Origin: Eledone cirrhosa | Taxonomy: Eukaryota | NCBI GenBank assembly: GCA_964016885.1 | Contig: OZ024741.1 | Coordinates: forward strand, 148,304,001-148,368,000 | Length of the DNA stretch: 64,000 nucleotides | Reading direction: 5' to 3' | In this document: piece by piece, positions 1 to 22,400 of the stretch | Layout of the letters: each line of letters begins with the position of its first letter | Position numbering within the stretch: position 1 is the first letter of the stretch | Position numbers and translations under genes: made by a program | Notes under the pieces: model-generated | Databases searched by the model: none | What the model saw: the letters and a program-made list of their open reading frames with translations, nothing else | Told to the model about the DNA's origin: nothing

Positions 1-3000
1 AGAAACCTGAGGTGGAAGTAGCCTTGTTGCTAACTGCAATAAATATGTTGTGTGTCCCATAAGAGAGGTGTGCAAGAGGGAACTTCTCTTAGACATGTCT
101 CTAAGATGTGATCCCACTGAACCTTAAAGGTATTTTTGCATGTCCACTAAAAGTTCTCTGTGAAATGTCTGGCTGCATCTGCACTTAACTCCTACTCCAA
201 GTTGGATAGGGCTTAGTACCTTGCTCAAATCATCCCTGACTGACCTGCCAGCTATCTAGGCTGGAAGTCATTGAAAGACATTACCCACTGCAATGAGTCT
301 GATGCTTCTATCATTCTACTTCAACATAATCAAGTTGGCTGAGAAAAAAAGATCACAGACGTGGTGTGATGTCAGCATGGAGAAGATTGTTTGTTGGAAC
401 AGTAACCAACCAGAGTAGACATACTACCACTTCAGCAGTGTGTGGCAAGATTAGATTTCTTAGGTGGCCAGGTTACAGGCCATCTACTCTGCCACTGCTG
501 CTCCTTTGGAAGGATTTCAAGGCCGCTATCATGTCTCCACAGGAAGTGGTCAGGCAATGTCACAGGCAGGGGCTTGGAAATCTCTGATATCAGCTGAGTG
601 GTGGTGGTGGTGGGGGAGATGCTTAAGGTGGAGAGCAGCTAGTGGGCCGGAGTAATGTTTTGCTCAAAGCCAGCTCACAGACCACAGCAGAAACGTCACC
701 CTCAATTAGTTTACAATTGATCTGGTTATGTAAACATATCATACAATCAGAAGAGGGCTGCATGTGTGGTGTTGGCATAGGTGAACAGCAGGAGAGAAGG
801 GAAAGGCTAGTTGCCTGAGGTGGGAGATCACTACCAAGACCTCATCTGGGCGTAGAGAGGTTAGGTAATGGATTTCATGAAAGGGTTGATAGTGTAAAAT
901 GTTTCTTGACTTCTATATTGTTGCTTGATCTGCAAGACAATGCTGCTGAATCTTTTTTGAATCACAACCAATCCTCTTAACCCTTTTGTTACCATATTAC
1001 TAAATACAGATATTCCACAAAGAAAGATCAACTTTTATCTATCTACTCTCAGCTGAACTCCTGTATTAATAATTCTATCTAACATAGGCACAGGGACAGC
1101 AATTTGGGGGATGGGTTGGTTAAATCAACTCCAGTACTTGACTGATACTTTATTTTATTGACTCTGGAAAGGTGATAGGCATAGTTGACCTTGGCAAGAT
1201 ATAAACTCAATAAATACCTCAATGACATTTTACTTGACATTCTATCAATCATACCAATCCATCCAGCCTTAACTTCTGTATGATGATGCCATCAAGTTAC
1301 CAGCAGAGACGGTCACATTTTATTGCCCTACTTTTATATAAGATCCATTGAACTATGTTCAACTCCTACATGAACTCTTGACTATCACTTGTCCACAATG
1401 GGCTACAGTACAAGTCCTATAATACCTCACCAAATGACTGCATTTGTTTGCTTACAGTGATGTAGTTAAGAAACCACTTCAAACACTCAGTGCCGTCTAA
1501 GGGGTTGGGGTGGGGATGATGCACATTTATGTATTCTGTGGTTATGTAGGTAAGGGTCCCAGTACATTGCGTCGCCTATAGCCCTATAATGTTGATAAGA
1601 CTGTCCTGAAGATGTCTGATACAGTACTACTTAGTTCTGTTGTGCAGAACTCTCAAGTCTTTTGTCCTGAAAATACTTAGTAGGTAAGATGGTGTTAACA
1701 TTGATCCTCTAAGGCCAGCACATTGAGAAAGTTAACAGTACTTCAACCAACCAGCTGTGAAGGTGATGGATTAGTGGTTAGCGTATTTAGCTCACAATCA
1801 TAAGATTATGAGTTTTATTTGTGGCAATGCATTGTGCCTTTGAACAAAACACTTTATTTCAGTTGACCAAATTGAGTTGTGCCTGTAATTCAAAAGGCCA
1901 GCCTTATCACCTGCAAGAAAGGTCTCTGTGAGTGGTGCAAGTTTAGGTAGCAAAGAGGGAGCCCGAATACAGATCCTTCATAATTAAGTAACTGCAGTGT
2001 AAGTTGTAATTTAGATTAAGTCGTATAATTTAATGGGAGACTTCAATGCACATGTTGGCACTGATATGGAAAGGAGTGATTGAAAAGAACAGTGATCTCA
2101 ATCTAAATATAAATGGAGAGGTCTTATTAGACTTCTGTTCTAGTAATGGGCTCTCTATTATGAAAATGTGGAAAAGAGGATAGCTGTAGTGTGTCGGCTG
2201 AGTGACTGAGAGTTGAGGAGGTTGTATACGATGCATTATATGAGAGTGGATAGGACCCTGCTCCTAGCCAAACTACGATGTTACTAGACAGAGTATCCAG
2301 AAAGTGGTCAGGAGTTGCGAAAGATGTCAGTCTATCGATCTCCACCCCAGGTGTGCAGGAGATGGGTAACATACCAGTGGAGCACAACTAGAAGCGATTT
2401 CACCAATAGAGGCAGTGTTCTGGTACAACATGTAGACTCAAGTGGGACAGGCCGAGGAGCCAGTACCACACAGGGCGATATATAGATATGATTGGCGACA
2501 TCCATGCATGTTATTACAACAATCTGTAGAAGAGAGAGAGAATGCGTTTGTACAAGTGGGAACGCCGCTCATCCAGGTGGATGATGGTCTTTGACATGGA
2601 GTGATATGATGGGGTGATTGATCCTTGAGATCAGGGATGAGGGAGGGACTGGGTGTTTGAAGTGCAGAAGAGGTCTTGCTGGAAGCATGGACAGTGACAT
2701 GACATTAGCAGTTCGTGGGTCTCTCTGTCAGGAAGTTGTACCATGTGGACGTGCATGTTCATGAGTGGTATGATTGAGTATGTGAGATTTCTTAAATGCT
2801 TTTGCTGGACGAAAAACAGCTGAACATCCGTACAGGTGGTGCAGAGCTGGATTAGCTATTAAGCAAAATAAACACGTTTAAGGCATCAAGAAAAGACGGG
2901 CACCATTTTATTTAAATAAGGACAGGCTAAATGCATCAAGGAAAGAGGGTCACCATTTTATTCAAATTGAATGTATTTGTCATTCCCCAAATATTTTTTC

Positions 3001-3408
3001 AGACTTTATATACACTTTTAAGTACTTAGGTCCTCAAAAGAACAATATAGCGATGAGAGATTGGGAAGGAGATTCGGTATAATTATAGCGACACAAAGTT
3101 TGTAGCATTGCCTGGTGAGACAGCTCTACTGACAGACAGGTATTATTGCACAACGTTATGTAAATATTGTTATTGCACAATATTATCTCAATATTGTGCA
3201 ATCTACGTTTTACGTTTCAATTTCAAATTATATTTATAAACAGGTTTATCAATCACTTTTTAATAACTTTTAATTAATAATTACATGTATAAAGCTACTT
3301 TTAGCTGTTAATACTTTGGTTGTAGCGTTTTACGTTTTAAGGGAGAAAAGTCAACAAACTTTGGTTTGAATACGACAGCTCGGCTTTGAATACGTCTGTG
3401 ACTGTGAC

Positions 3409-3444
3409 TATATAATAGAAACCCGCACCCAACTCTTCCTCTTT
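3409..3444 (+). promoter_or_regulatory. RPS27 core promoter: TATA-like TATATAA (3409-3415) and TCT/5'TOP polypyrimidine initiator CTCTTCCTCTTT (3433-3444)
   Basis: The pyrimidine tract matches the YC+1TYTYY TCT motif (+1 about 3439), about 30 bp after TATATAA and 26 bp before the RPS27 ATG. This layout is typical of ribosomal protein genes. Confidence 0.75.
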
Positions 3445-3464
3445 GCATCGTTTCACAGAGCAGC

Positions 3465-13452
<9,988 letters not shown>

Positions 13453-13493
13453 CTAATGGAATGACTTGAAGCTATGTATGTGGTTTAAAGTGA

Positions 13494-13499
13494 AATAAA
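13494..13499 (+). terminator. RPS27 polyadenylation signal AATAAA
   Basis: AATAAA about 40 nt after the stop codon, followed by T/GT-rich sequence. Confidence 0.7.
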
Positions 13500-15504
13500 G
13501 ATTCAGTATGATGTACCTCATGTGTAAGGGTTTTTATTTTATTACTCATGTGTAGTAGGATGGTGAGTTGGTAGAGCATTAGATTAAATGCTGTAGTTTT
13601 TGTTCTGGATCACCTTTGCCTTTTATATTTTCTGGAATGATAATGTACCAATTCAATGCAGTAAATTGCTATAATTGTTATTTTGTCATACAGGATGCCT
13701 TGTATCTGTTTCAAATTGTTTTGAGATTAAATTGTGTCTCCTGTTACCTGCAAATGGTGACATAATGAGATTAGGGCCCCTGTTAATATGCAGGAACTAC
13801 AAAGCATGGTTGGGATGAAAGAAAAACAGTATAAGAGGAATCAAATGTATGTGAGAGAGAAGTCTGCTGGTATGCATGTGGTGCTTATGGATGATGGTTG
13901 TTGAGGTGAAGAAGTGCTAGGAGATCCCAGCAGAAGCAAGCTGTAGTAGAGGAAGACCTGGGCAGAGGTGGTAAGAGCAAATCTCAAAACATTGAACCTG
14001 GCAGATGATGGAGCACAGTTGGTGGAAAGAAGCAATGCTTGAGAAGACCTCTGCATGCAAGCATGAAAAAGTAGACATAAAAGGATGGCTGTCTATATGA
14101 TGCGGCCTCAACTTACCTCTGTAGGTGTGACCTGTAACAGCAACAACTCAAGTACAATAATGCCAGGATAAATTTTATTTTAATATCAATGGAATTAATA
14201 TATTTTATTACTGAAGAGGTATGATGTAGTTTGAAATTTCTCAATTATTAACTTCATCCTTTGTGTTTCTATTTTCGACATGTTTTTGGTTATTCCATTC
14301 TTTCATTATTTTTTATAAAACAAAAATGTTCAGAAACCCAGAACTACTTTGGCAGTAAACTTGCATAAGAAACTGTTTGATTTGATAAAGATATAATTTA
14401 AATATTGACATAGACTTTGGAACATTCAGTTGTCATACAAATTACCCCTTTTGATACCAAATCAGCCATTGTTCTATGATACAAAGTTGTTTGTTTTAAC
14501 TCTTAACATCCTGCAATGATTTGGCAATAAATATCTAAAAACAGGTTTGTTAACTCATGATTATCAGATCTTTACTAGTGGACAGAGCGTTGTGAAATAA
14601 TGCTATTTTTGTATGTTTTTAAGAATGTTTGCTGATGCAGTTTCTTGTGGTACAGGATATGGGTTAGTGTTTATATTTATCTAAAATCTTCCATCACAAA
14701 TTTATCTACCAACCATTAAGTTGAAACATTAACAATTTGCAGAAAGTAATCAGAAAAAGAAGAAAAAAAAGACATGCACACTTAATTACACGTCACAATA
14801 AGTGGTGTATTTAGATAATGTTTCAAACACAAGCTAATTAAATGAGAAAGTCTGTTATATTACTAAATCTCTCCAAATTCTTGATTATTTGAAAATCATA
14901 AGCAGTGTCTTTCATTAGAAATATGATTAGGAAAGGGTTAACTGATTCTTACATTTGTTGATTATGTCTTTGCTGTTCATGATTTAAACCTTTCAATATG
15001 AAATCACCTGATTCTATTATTCAGAATCTGTTTTGAAATGTTTATCTTTATTTAAAGACCTTCCATCATAATTTTATGTAAAAACGTTTTTTAAGTTATG
15101 CCCCAAAACACCAGCTTAATAATGAAAAGTTTCATCACTAAATTATTGAAATTAATGACAGAATTATTTTACCAAATGTCATCAAATTCTTGGATAATTT
15201 CATAATTATTAAAAAAGTCATAGGCAGTGTCTTTCATTAGAAACAAAAGGGATTAACCCTTTCCTTACCATATTTTTAATAAGACACTCTAAGATTTTCA
15301 AATAATTTTGAAAATTACCAAGAATTTGGAGGGATTTAGTAAAATACCATTCTCTGATGTTTGGAGCATAATTTAAAGGTTCTTACATAAAATTATGATG
15401 GAAAGTTTTTAGATGAATATAAACACTTTAAAACACAGATCATAGAACCAGCAGCAGCTTGGTATCAAAAGGGGTTAAAGAAATAGAAACATTTTGCTGC
15501 GTAA

Positions 15505-15662
15505 CCCTTTAGCATTTAAACCGGCTGTAACCACCCATTCATACTGATGTTAGGGTATTGTTCTCAAAATAAATATCAAAATCTCATAGATTCGATATTG
15601 TGTGAGATAATTATGTGATGCGAAAATACAATAGTAAATAGAGTAATGTAAACGCTAAAGGG
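15505..15662. mobile_element. piggyBac-type MITE
   Basis: TIRs CCCTTTAGCATTTA / TAAACGCTAAAGGG with flanks GTAA and TTAA. Related AACCCTT...AAGGGTT elements cluster at about 14440-15480 and 25468-25700. Confidence 0.65.
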
Positions 15663-16314
15663 TTAAAGAATGGAATACACAAAAAAATTCTTGAATTGTA
15701 AGAGCTCCACATTTGGTAAAGGAAGCATATTTGTTGGATTCTCTTATAGGAAATCTCCCAGAAACAATATATATATATTGACAGTCGCTCGACTTTCATC
15801 AAATCGGACCGAAGAAACAAGGTTTCTGTTGGTCTTTCCGATTGCTAATACTTTCTATCGGTCGCAACTCTAGGTAGAAGGAGCAACGTGAAATAGAGTC
15901 TTGCTCAAGGACAACGCATCGCCCGGTCCAGGAATTGAACTCACAACCTCACGATTGCGAATCCAATTCGCTTGTCACTCAGCCACACACCTTCACATTA
16001 TATATATATATATATAAAATGCGTCACAAAAACATTCGAAAGTAGGAGATTACTTTAAATCCAGAGTCTTAACCCTTACATGACAGTATTTCCAATGAAA
16101 TACATGCTATCTCAATTAATGAAGAATTTTGAGGGATTTACTAAAACAGTAACTTAACATATGGTTCTTGTATAAAACTATGTTGGGAGATTTTAGTGTA
16201 AATAAGAAACCTTGAAAATGGGTGGTTTTGTTTCAGAGAACCAGAGCCAGTTTTGGCTGGGTTGATATCAAAATGGTTAAATATATTTTTCAGAAACTGA
16301 AATTGTTTGATGTT

Positions 16315-16436
16315 TTAATTGAGGTCTTTTTCCACAATAATTTGTGGCTTAAAGTTGACTTCCTTTTTGGCTTCTTCAAATAGATATTCAACATGGTCTT
16401 GGGGTGCACATCCAATTCTGAAGAAGGTAATTTCAC
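16315..16436 (-). CDS. Fusion gene terminal exon (EITFFRIGCAPQDHVEYLF...DLN*)
   Basis: ctattttttag|GT GAA ATT; YrdC C-terminal R-x-G motif; TAA stop. Confidence 0.88.
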
Positions 16437-19400
16437 CTAAAAAATAGAGATGCTTTTTTAAGATAAACTTTTTCTCTCAAATAATTTACTTCCAGTCCCC
16501 TCTAATAAAGAAATTTGGGGTTCGATTCCTCATAAGTATCTCTATACACTCTTCTCTTGTCCAATCCTTACTAGCAGAGAAAGAGGACATTCAATGATGA
16601 TGATTATTTAATATAAAGCTAGCATTGCCAAATATTTTTTTCTACATTCATTATTCCAAATTCTTTCATAAGTTGTATTGTATTTTGAAGCTGTATGTTC
16701 TATGAACTCCTAATGTAGGGTTAATTGTTTTATGGATACAACACTGGCTCCAGACGAGGTACTGTAGGACACCTAACCCTGTAGATCAAGCTAATCCCAG
16801 TCTTTTTCATCAATATTTTATGTTCACTTTCATGTGGGTCAAAGGCTGTGATTAAACTGGTTGGAGAACCATATCTTGCTCATATGTTCCATGTTTAGCA
16901 TGGTTTCTATAGCTGGATGCCTTTCCTAATACCACACTAAAATGTTAAACAGTAACAGACCTTGTATTCAATGGTGTATAAAACATAGATATTTGGTAAA
17001 TCACCACTGTCTTAACTTAAGGTGAGGTTCAGAGTTCCATGTTGGAGCCTCTCTGTGATCAGTTGGCCTGCAAGAAATAGCAGTCAAACTACACTTTACA
17101 GCCTTGATTAATATAGGTAAAGTAAATGGGCCTCCATAAGCTTCAATGATGAATGTTTCAGTTGTCTGATCAACCAGAATAGCTTTTTTTTAAAAATTGA
17201 GTAAGTGGCTGAGCATTCCCAGACACATGGGTGTCCTCTAATATAATTCTGTGACATTCAGTTTGACAAGATTGACTCTTTAAATTACAAGTAGAATCTA
17301 TTTTATATTATATAATGTAGGTGGCTGAATATTCCATAAACATGTACCCTTAATATGATTTTCAGTGTGACAAGGCTGGCTCTTTGAATTACAGGTAATC
17401 TACTCAATTTTACTCACAAGTAAATGACACTTGCATATACTATATTGATATATTTGATAATACAGACCTGGGTATAGCAAGCATTTTAAGGTCCTAAAGC
17501 AAGGGTTAGCCTAGTGGGCCTCATGACATTTCATTCTCAACATGAAGTTGTTTATGGACAATGTTTTATGGCTGGATGTCCCTCTTGGAGCCATCTCTTA
17601 GTTCATGCAAGGATACATTGTAGCTACTCTAAACTAGATACATACAGTGCAATATAGTCCTGTAAATGAAGATGGTTACAACTGGAATATCTGATCATGG
17701 GTCTGCTGAATGGGCAGGAGGGGGGTGTTGGTCAGGCACTAAACAACAATCAGGTTCTAAACAGAAGTATTTACCTTGACTGATATTTAAACAGTTTACC
17801 ACAGTCGATGGAGCAGTTTCGCGAGATTCTCCATCACAAATCATGCCATCGATTTTGTGACCTGTGAGAAACAAAAAGATATATCATAATTAATTAGAGA
17901 ATAATAACTAGTTATTTTTTTCTTGTCATGACACATTCATTAAAATTTGTTAGCGATACAAAATTAATGAATAAACAATTAAATATCATATCCCTTGTTG
18001 GGTATGTCCAAAGAATGGAGGATATTTATTACTGAGACAAATACGCTACTTATATTGTACTACTAGAAAATTTATATCAGAGTAGGCCCCCAGCAGATAT
18101 ACAGGGATGTGGCTAACAAACTACTGCAGTTGGCCCACAGGTACTGAGGACAACAAACCTGTATCTGATACCTGAGGAGCTAGGGGATCAGTTCATATGT
18201 GGTGACATGAAGGGTATCCAGCCGTAGAAAACCCATCGGGATTTCTCTTCAGCTGTGTCAAAGACAACAACCTCCCAAGTGCCATGAGAAAATGCATTCT
18301 GTAGAGTGCAGTAACCTATGTCTGAGAGGTCAGTAGTTCTGACACTGTCTGTGACAACCTGTCCAACTCTTGCTAGCAGGAAAAATGGACATTAAATGAT
18401 CTCTATCCCAGTGATCATTGCTGCTTCTAATAGACAACTTTTGACTAACAATATGTCTTGGGCCAATGAGGGGAGCCTCCATGTGTTCAACATTTTAGAA
18501 ATTGCTGCCCAAACCCTCACAGGTCACTTAAAAAGACTAAATTAAATAATGTAGTCTTGGGTGGTCAAATCTGGAATGTCTTTGGTTACAAGTCTGCTTG
18601 ATCAGTGCCTGGTTTGGGACTCAACAACATGACTATATCTGTGTGCTGGATCTCTGCAGGTTTGTTGTTTGGACAACAGAATAGCCTGCTTGTGAAATAC
18701 ATAAGTGGATGAGCATTCTACAGGCATATGCTCTCTTAACGTAATTCTCAAGGAGATCCAGTGTGGTAAGGCTGGCTCTTTAAATTACAGGTACAACTGA
18801 TTTTGCCAGCTGAGTAGACTGGAGCAATGTAAGATACAGTGTCTTACCCAAGGATACAATGTGCTACTAGGAATAGAATTCATGACCATGCAATCATGAG
18901 CTGAACACCCTAATCCCTAAGCCACATACCTTAACTTACAAAACACAACTAAGACAAAATATAATAACAAACCTAAGCTTTCAAGGACCATATCATGGTG
19001 AATACTGTCTTCTCCACCACTTGGGTTGGCTGAACTCAAAGCCACAGGACCTGTCAGTTGTGTCAAATAAGCCAAAATCGAAGAATCAGGAATCCGAATA
19101 CAAACACTATTTTTATTTCCAATATATTCTACAGCATCACCAAGTCCTAGATTTAGCAACCACTCGCCCTTTGGTACTACACAACTTATTTTACCAGGAT
19201 AACACAAGCGCATAAAAGCCCATAGAAGGTTGCAGAAATCAGGTTTTGCTTCCTCCAGTTGCTTTAGATTTGACAGACAGATGCAAATTGGTTTTTCAGA
19301 AGGTCGCTCTTTGACTTTGTAAATGTTTCTTATAGAACTTGGTATCTTGCATAATGCTGCCAGTGCATATACTGTATCAGTTGGTACACCAACGATTCCA

Positions 19401-22400
19401 CCATCAGTTATTATTTTGGCAGCTTTTAGTATGGCAGAAGTACGTTTGGACGTAAATGTTGGACATATCTTGGTCAGTCTAACTGGTGGCTGGCTTTCCT
19501 ATAATGAAAATGTTACAACTTATCTTCAATGATAAAATATATTAAGTATATTAACTCTTAACATTCTAATTATTGAGCAGAAAATACTTAAAAACAAGTT
19601 TGTTAATTCAAATATTTATATCAACTTTATTAGGGAAAATTTGCAGTAATCTAAAGACTTGCATTTTTAATGTGATGCAGCTAGAATAAGGTAACACATC
19701 ACATAATTTTTATTATTTATGAAAATATTCAGTTTAGCTGTCAAGATTATTTTAAGTTAAGAAACCAGATTATTGCAATCTAGACCAGGTATAGATTAGT
19801 CTTAAGTGTTAGTGAGAGAGAGGCTGATACTTATTTTATCAATCTCTATTTGTCGAGGACACAAACAAACAGTACATGTAAACTTAGACACAGTTGTATA
19901 AAAGAACAATTCAAAATGTTCTTACTTTTAATATAGGATCTCCCAAAGGTACAAGATGGCCCTGTAATGTTCCATTTGTCATTCCCGCAAAGGTTCCATA
20001 GAGTGAGATAATTCCTTCAATAAGAAAAATTATTTTCTCATATATTTACATATAATCGTTTCCTCCACACCACCCCTATCTGGATATGTCTTATTAGTTA
20101 CTTTTTTACTATTTTACTGCTTTCAGACATTGGACTGCAATCATTCTGATGCACTACTTCGATGGCTTTAGTCAATTGTATTGACCTCAGCTCGTTTTTC
20201 ATGTCTAGAACATATTTTATCTATCTCTATATATAAAGAGACGTTCACATACATATATCTATCTATATACTACTAAAACTCTGTGATTGCTTGCTTGCTT
20301 GTCTGTAATGTAATACAGCCATAAGGGCGCATAATGGGAAAATACTTTGAAAGGAACTTAACCCTGAAATGGGAATACAAATGGAAAAAAAACAAGTTTC
20401 GCATAAATTGGATCACAGGTTTCCGAGGAGAATGGAAGAGAGAGAAAGCTGGTGGTGGTGTATATATATATAATAAAGGAGGTGTGGTAAGGAACCAGAT
20501 GGACCATAATGCACCAGAGTACTCAATACTTAGGGTAGTAGAGTGGGTAATAGGAAAATGTATGACCCTGATGGCAGAGCTCAAGCTGTTTCGAAGGCTA
20601 TTTCTGGACTAAATTAGAATTTTTAGAGTGGTAAATAAATAGCCAAACTTTTCAAGGGGTAATTCCTTATATGGGAAGATTGTAGTTGTCAAGAGAGATT
20701 GGTCAAAATTTCTTGTAAACAGAATTAAGTCTATCATGACAGTGGGTGGGAAGTGGTGTGGCTGAACTTGCCTGGAGAACAATGAGGGAGTGGGTGGAGC
20801 CGGTCAAGTGTTGAAAGTGAAATCTGTACAGCAAATTCTAAGGAGTGTTTATGAAAATAGGCCAGAGGAAGCAGGAGAAAAAGGATTCCAGGGAAAATAG
20901 AGAAGAGTTATAGAATGGGTAAATCAATTGAGATTAATAAAACAAATATAAATCAATAAAACAAATATAAACATAAAATTGGATAGTAAGAAGTGTATAG
21001 AATTCACTTTCAAAGCTTGACCAGCTCCACCCACTCCCTCATTGTTTTACAGGCAAATTCAGCCACCCCACCTCCCACCCACTGCCACGATGGACTTAAT
21101 TGTGTTTACAAGAAATTTCGACCAATCCTCTTAACAACTACAATCTTCCCATATAAGGAATTACCCCTAGAAATTTAGTCCAGAAATAGCCTTCGAAACG
21201 GCTTGAGCTCTGCTGTGGGGGTCATAGATTTTCCTACATATATATGTGTGTGTGTATGTGTCTATGACCAGTGTATATAGATCACATATATACACACATG
21301 CATATATGTATACACACACATATATACACACATGCATATATGTATACACACACATATTTATATATATACATACACACAAGTATATATATGGGCCTTCCAG
21401 TTTTATTTCACATTATATACATGTCTGTGTATATTTTAATTATCTAAAAATTATTTTTAAGTGAACGTGACCCGACGGGTCACGGGTGGTTTAGTATATA
21501 GATAAAATCTATTTGTTTTTCTTATGTAAAATTGCCACAATACATATATCAGCTATGAAATAGTTGAATATATTGGGTAAATTACTCTTGGTGATGGAAA
21601 AAAAGATAGACAGCGACTACAGCAGTCATCTCTGTCAACGTTTTTGTTTGTGAGTCAAACATTCTAACCAATAATCCACACACTTTCCTTGACTGAGACT
21701 AAATTGGGGCTATAGACTACAATAACAATGCACACACTCCCATCTGTACCAAAATCATCCCCTCTTCCAATCCTACTACCACACCACCTCACTATAGTCC
21801 TCCCCCTCCATTCAAAGGAATACACAAGGTACAAGCTTACCTGCGAGCAAAGCTGTGACGAAGTTCATCCACGGCTGATGAATACCAAAACATGTGATGA
21901 CGAAAGCTATCATGTTGAGTTCAAAGAACAGGGTGAACGGGATCCATATCTTATGAAATGACATGACGAAGAACATACCCAGGGTATGTAGGGTGATTAC
22001 AGCCAGTGATGCTGGCCGGAGAGCGAAAGCAAGGGAGGCTATGAAGATAGAAGAGAAATACATGAAAATCATATAAAAACTTCTATTGTTAAGGTTAAAC
22101 AAGCAGGGCCTCTTCTTCACCCACTTATTTCTGAGAGGGGGTGCAGAATTAGCAGACACACTTTTTAGAAGAAACTATCTCCAAATGATTTGGCTGGATC
22201 TCCAATTAAGACCAACTGAGCTTGTGGATGTCATCCAACCATCTTGCTCATGGTCTACTTCTGGATCGCCTGTCAGTTGGATTTGCCCATAAAATCTGTC
22301 CTGCAATTCTTTTCTTACATATTTTAACCATAAGTATACATTGTATAAGAATCGAGGAAAGAGGTCAGTAATTCATTTCTTTATTATCTCTGATTTCTTT

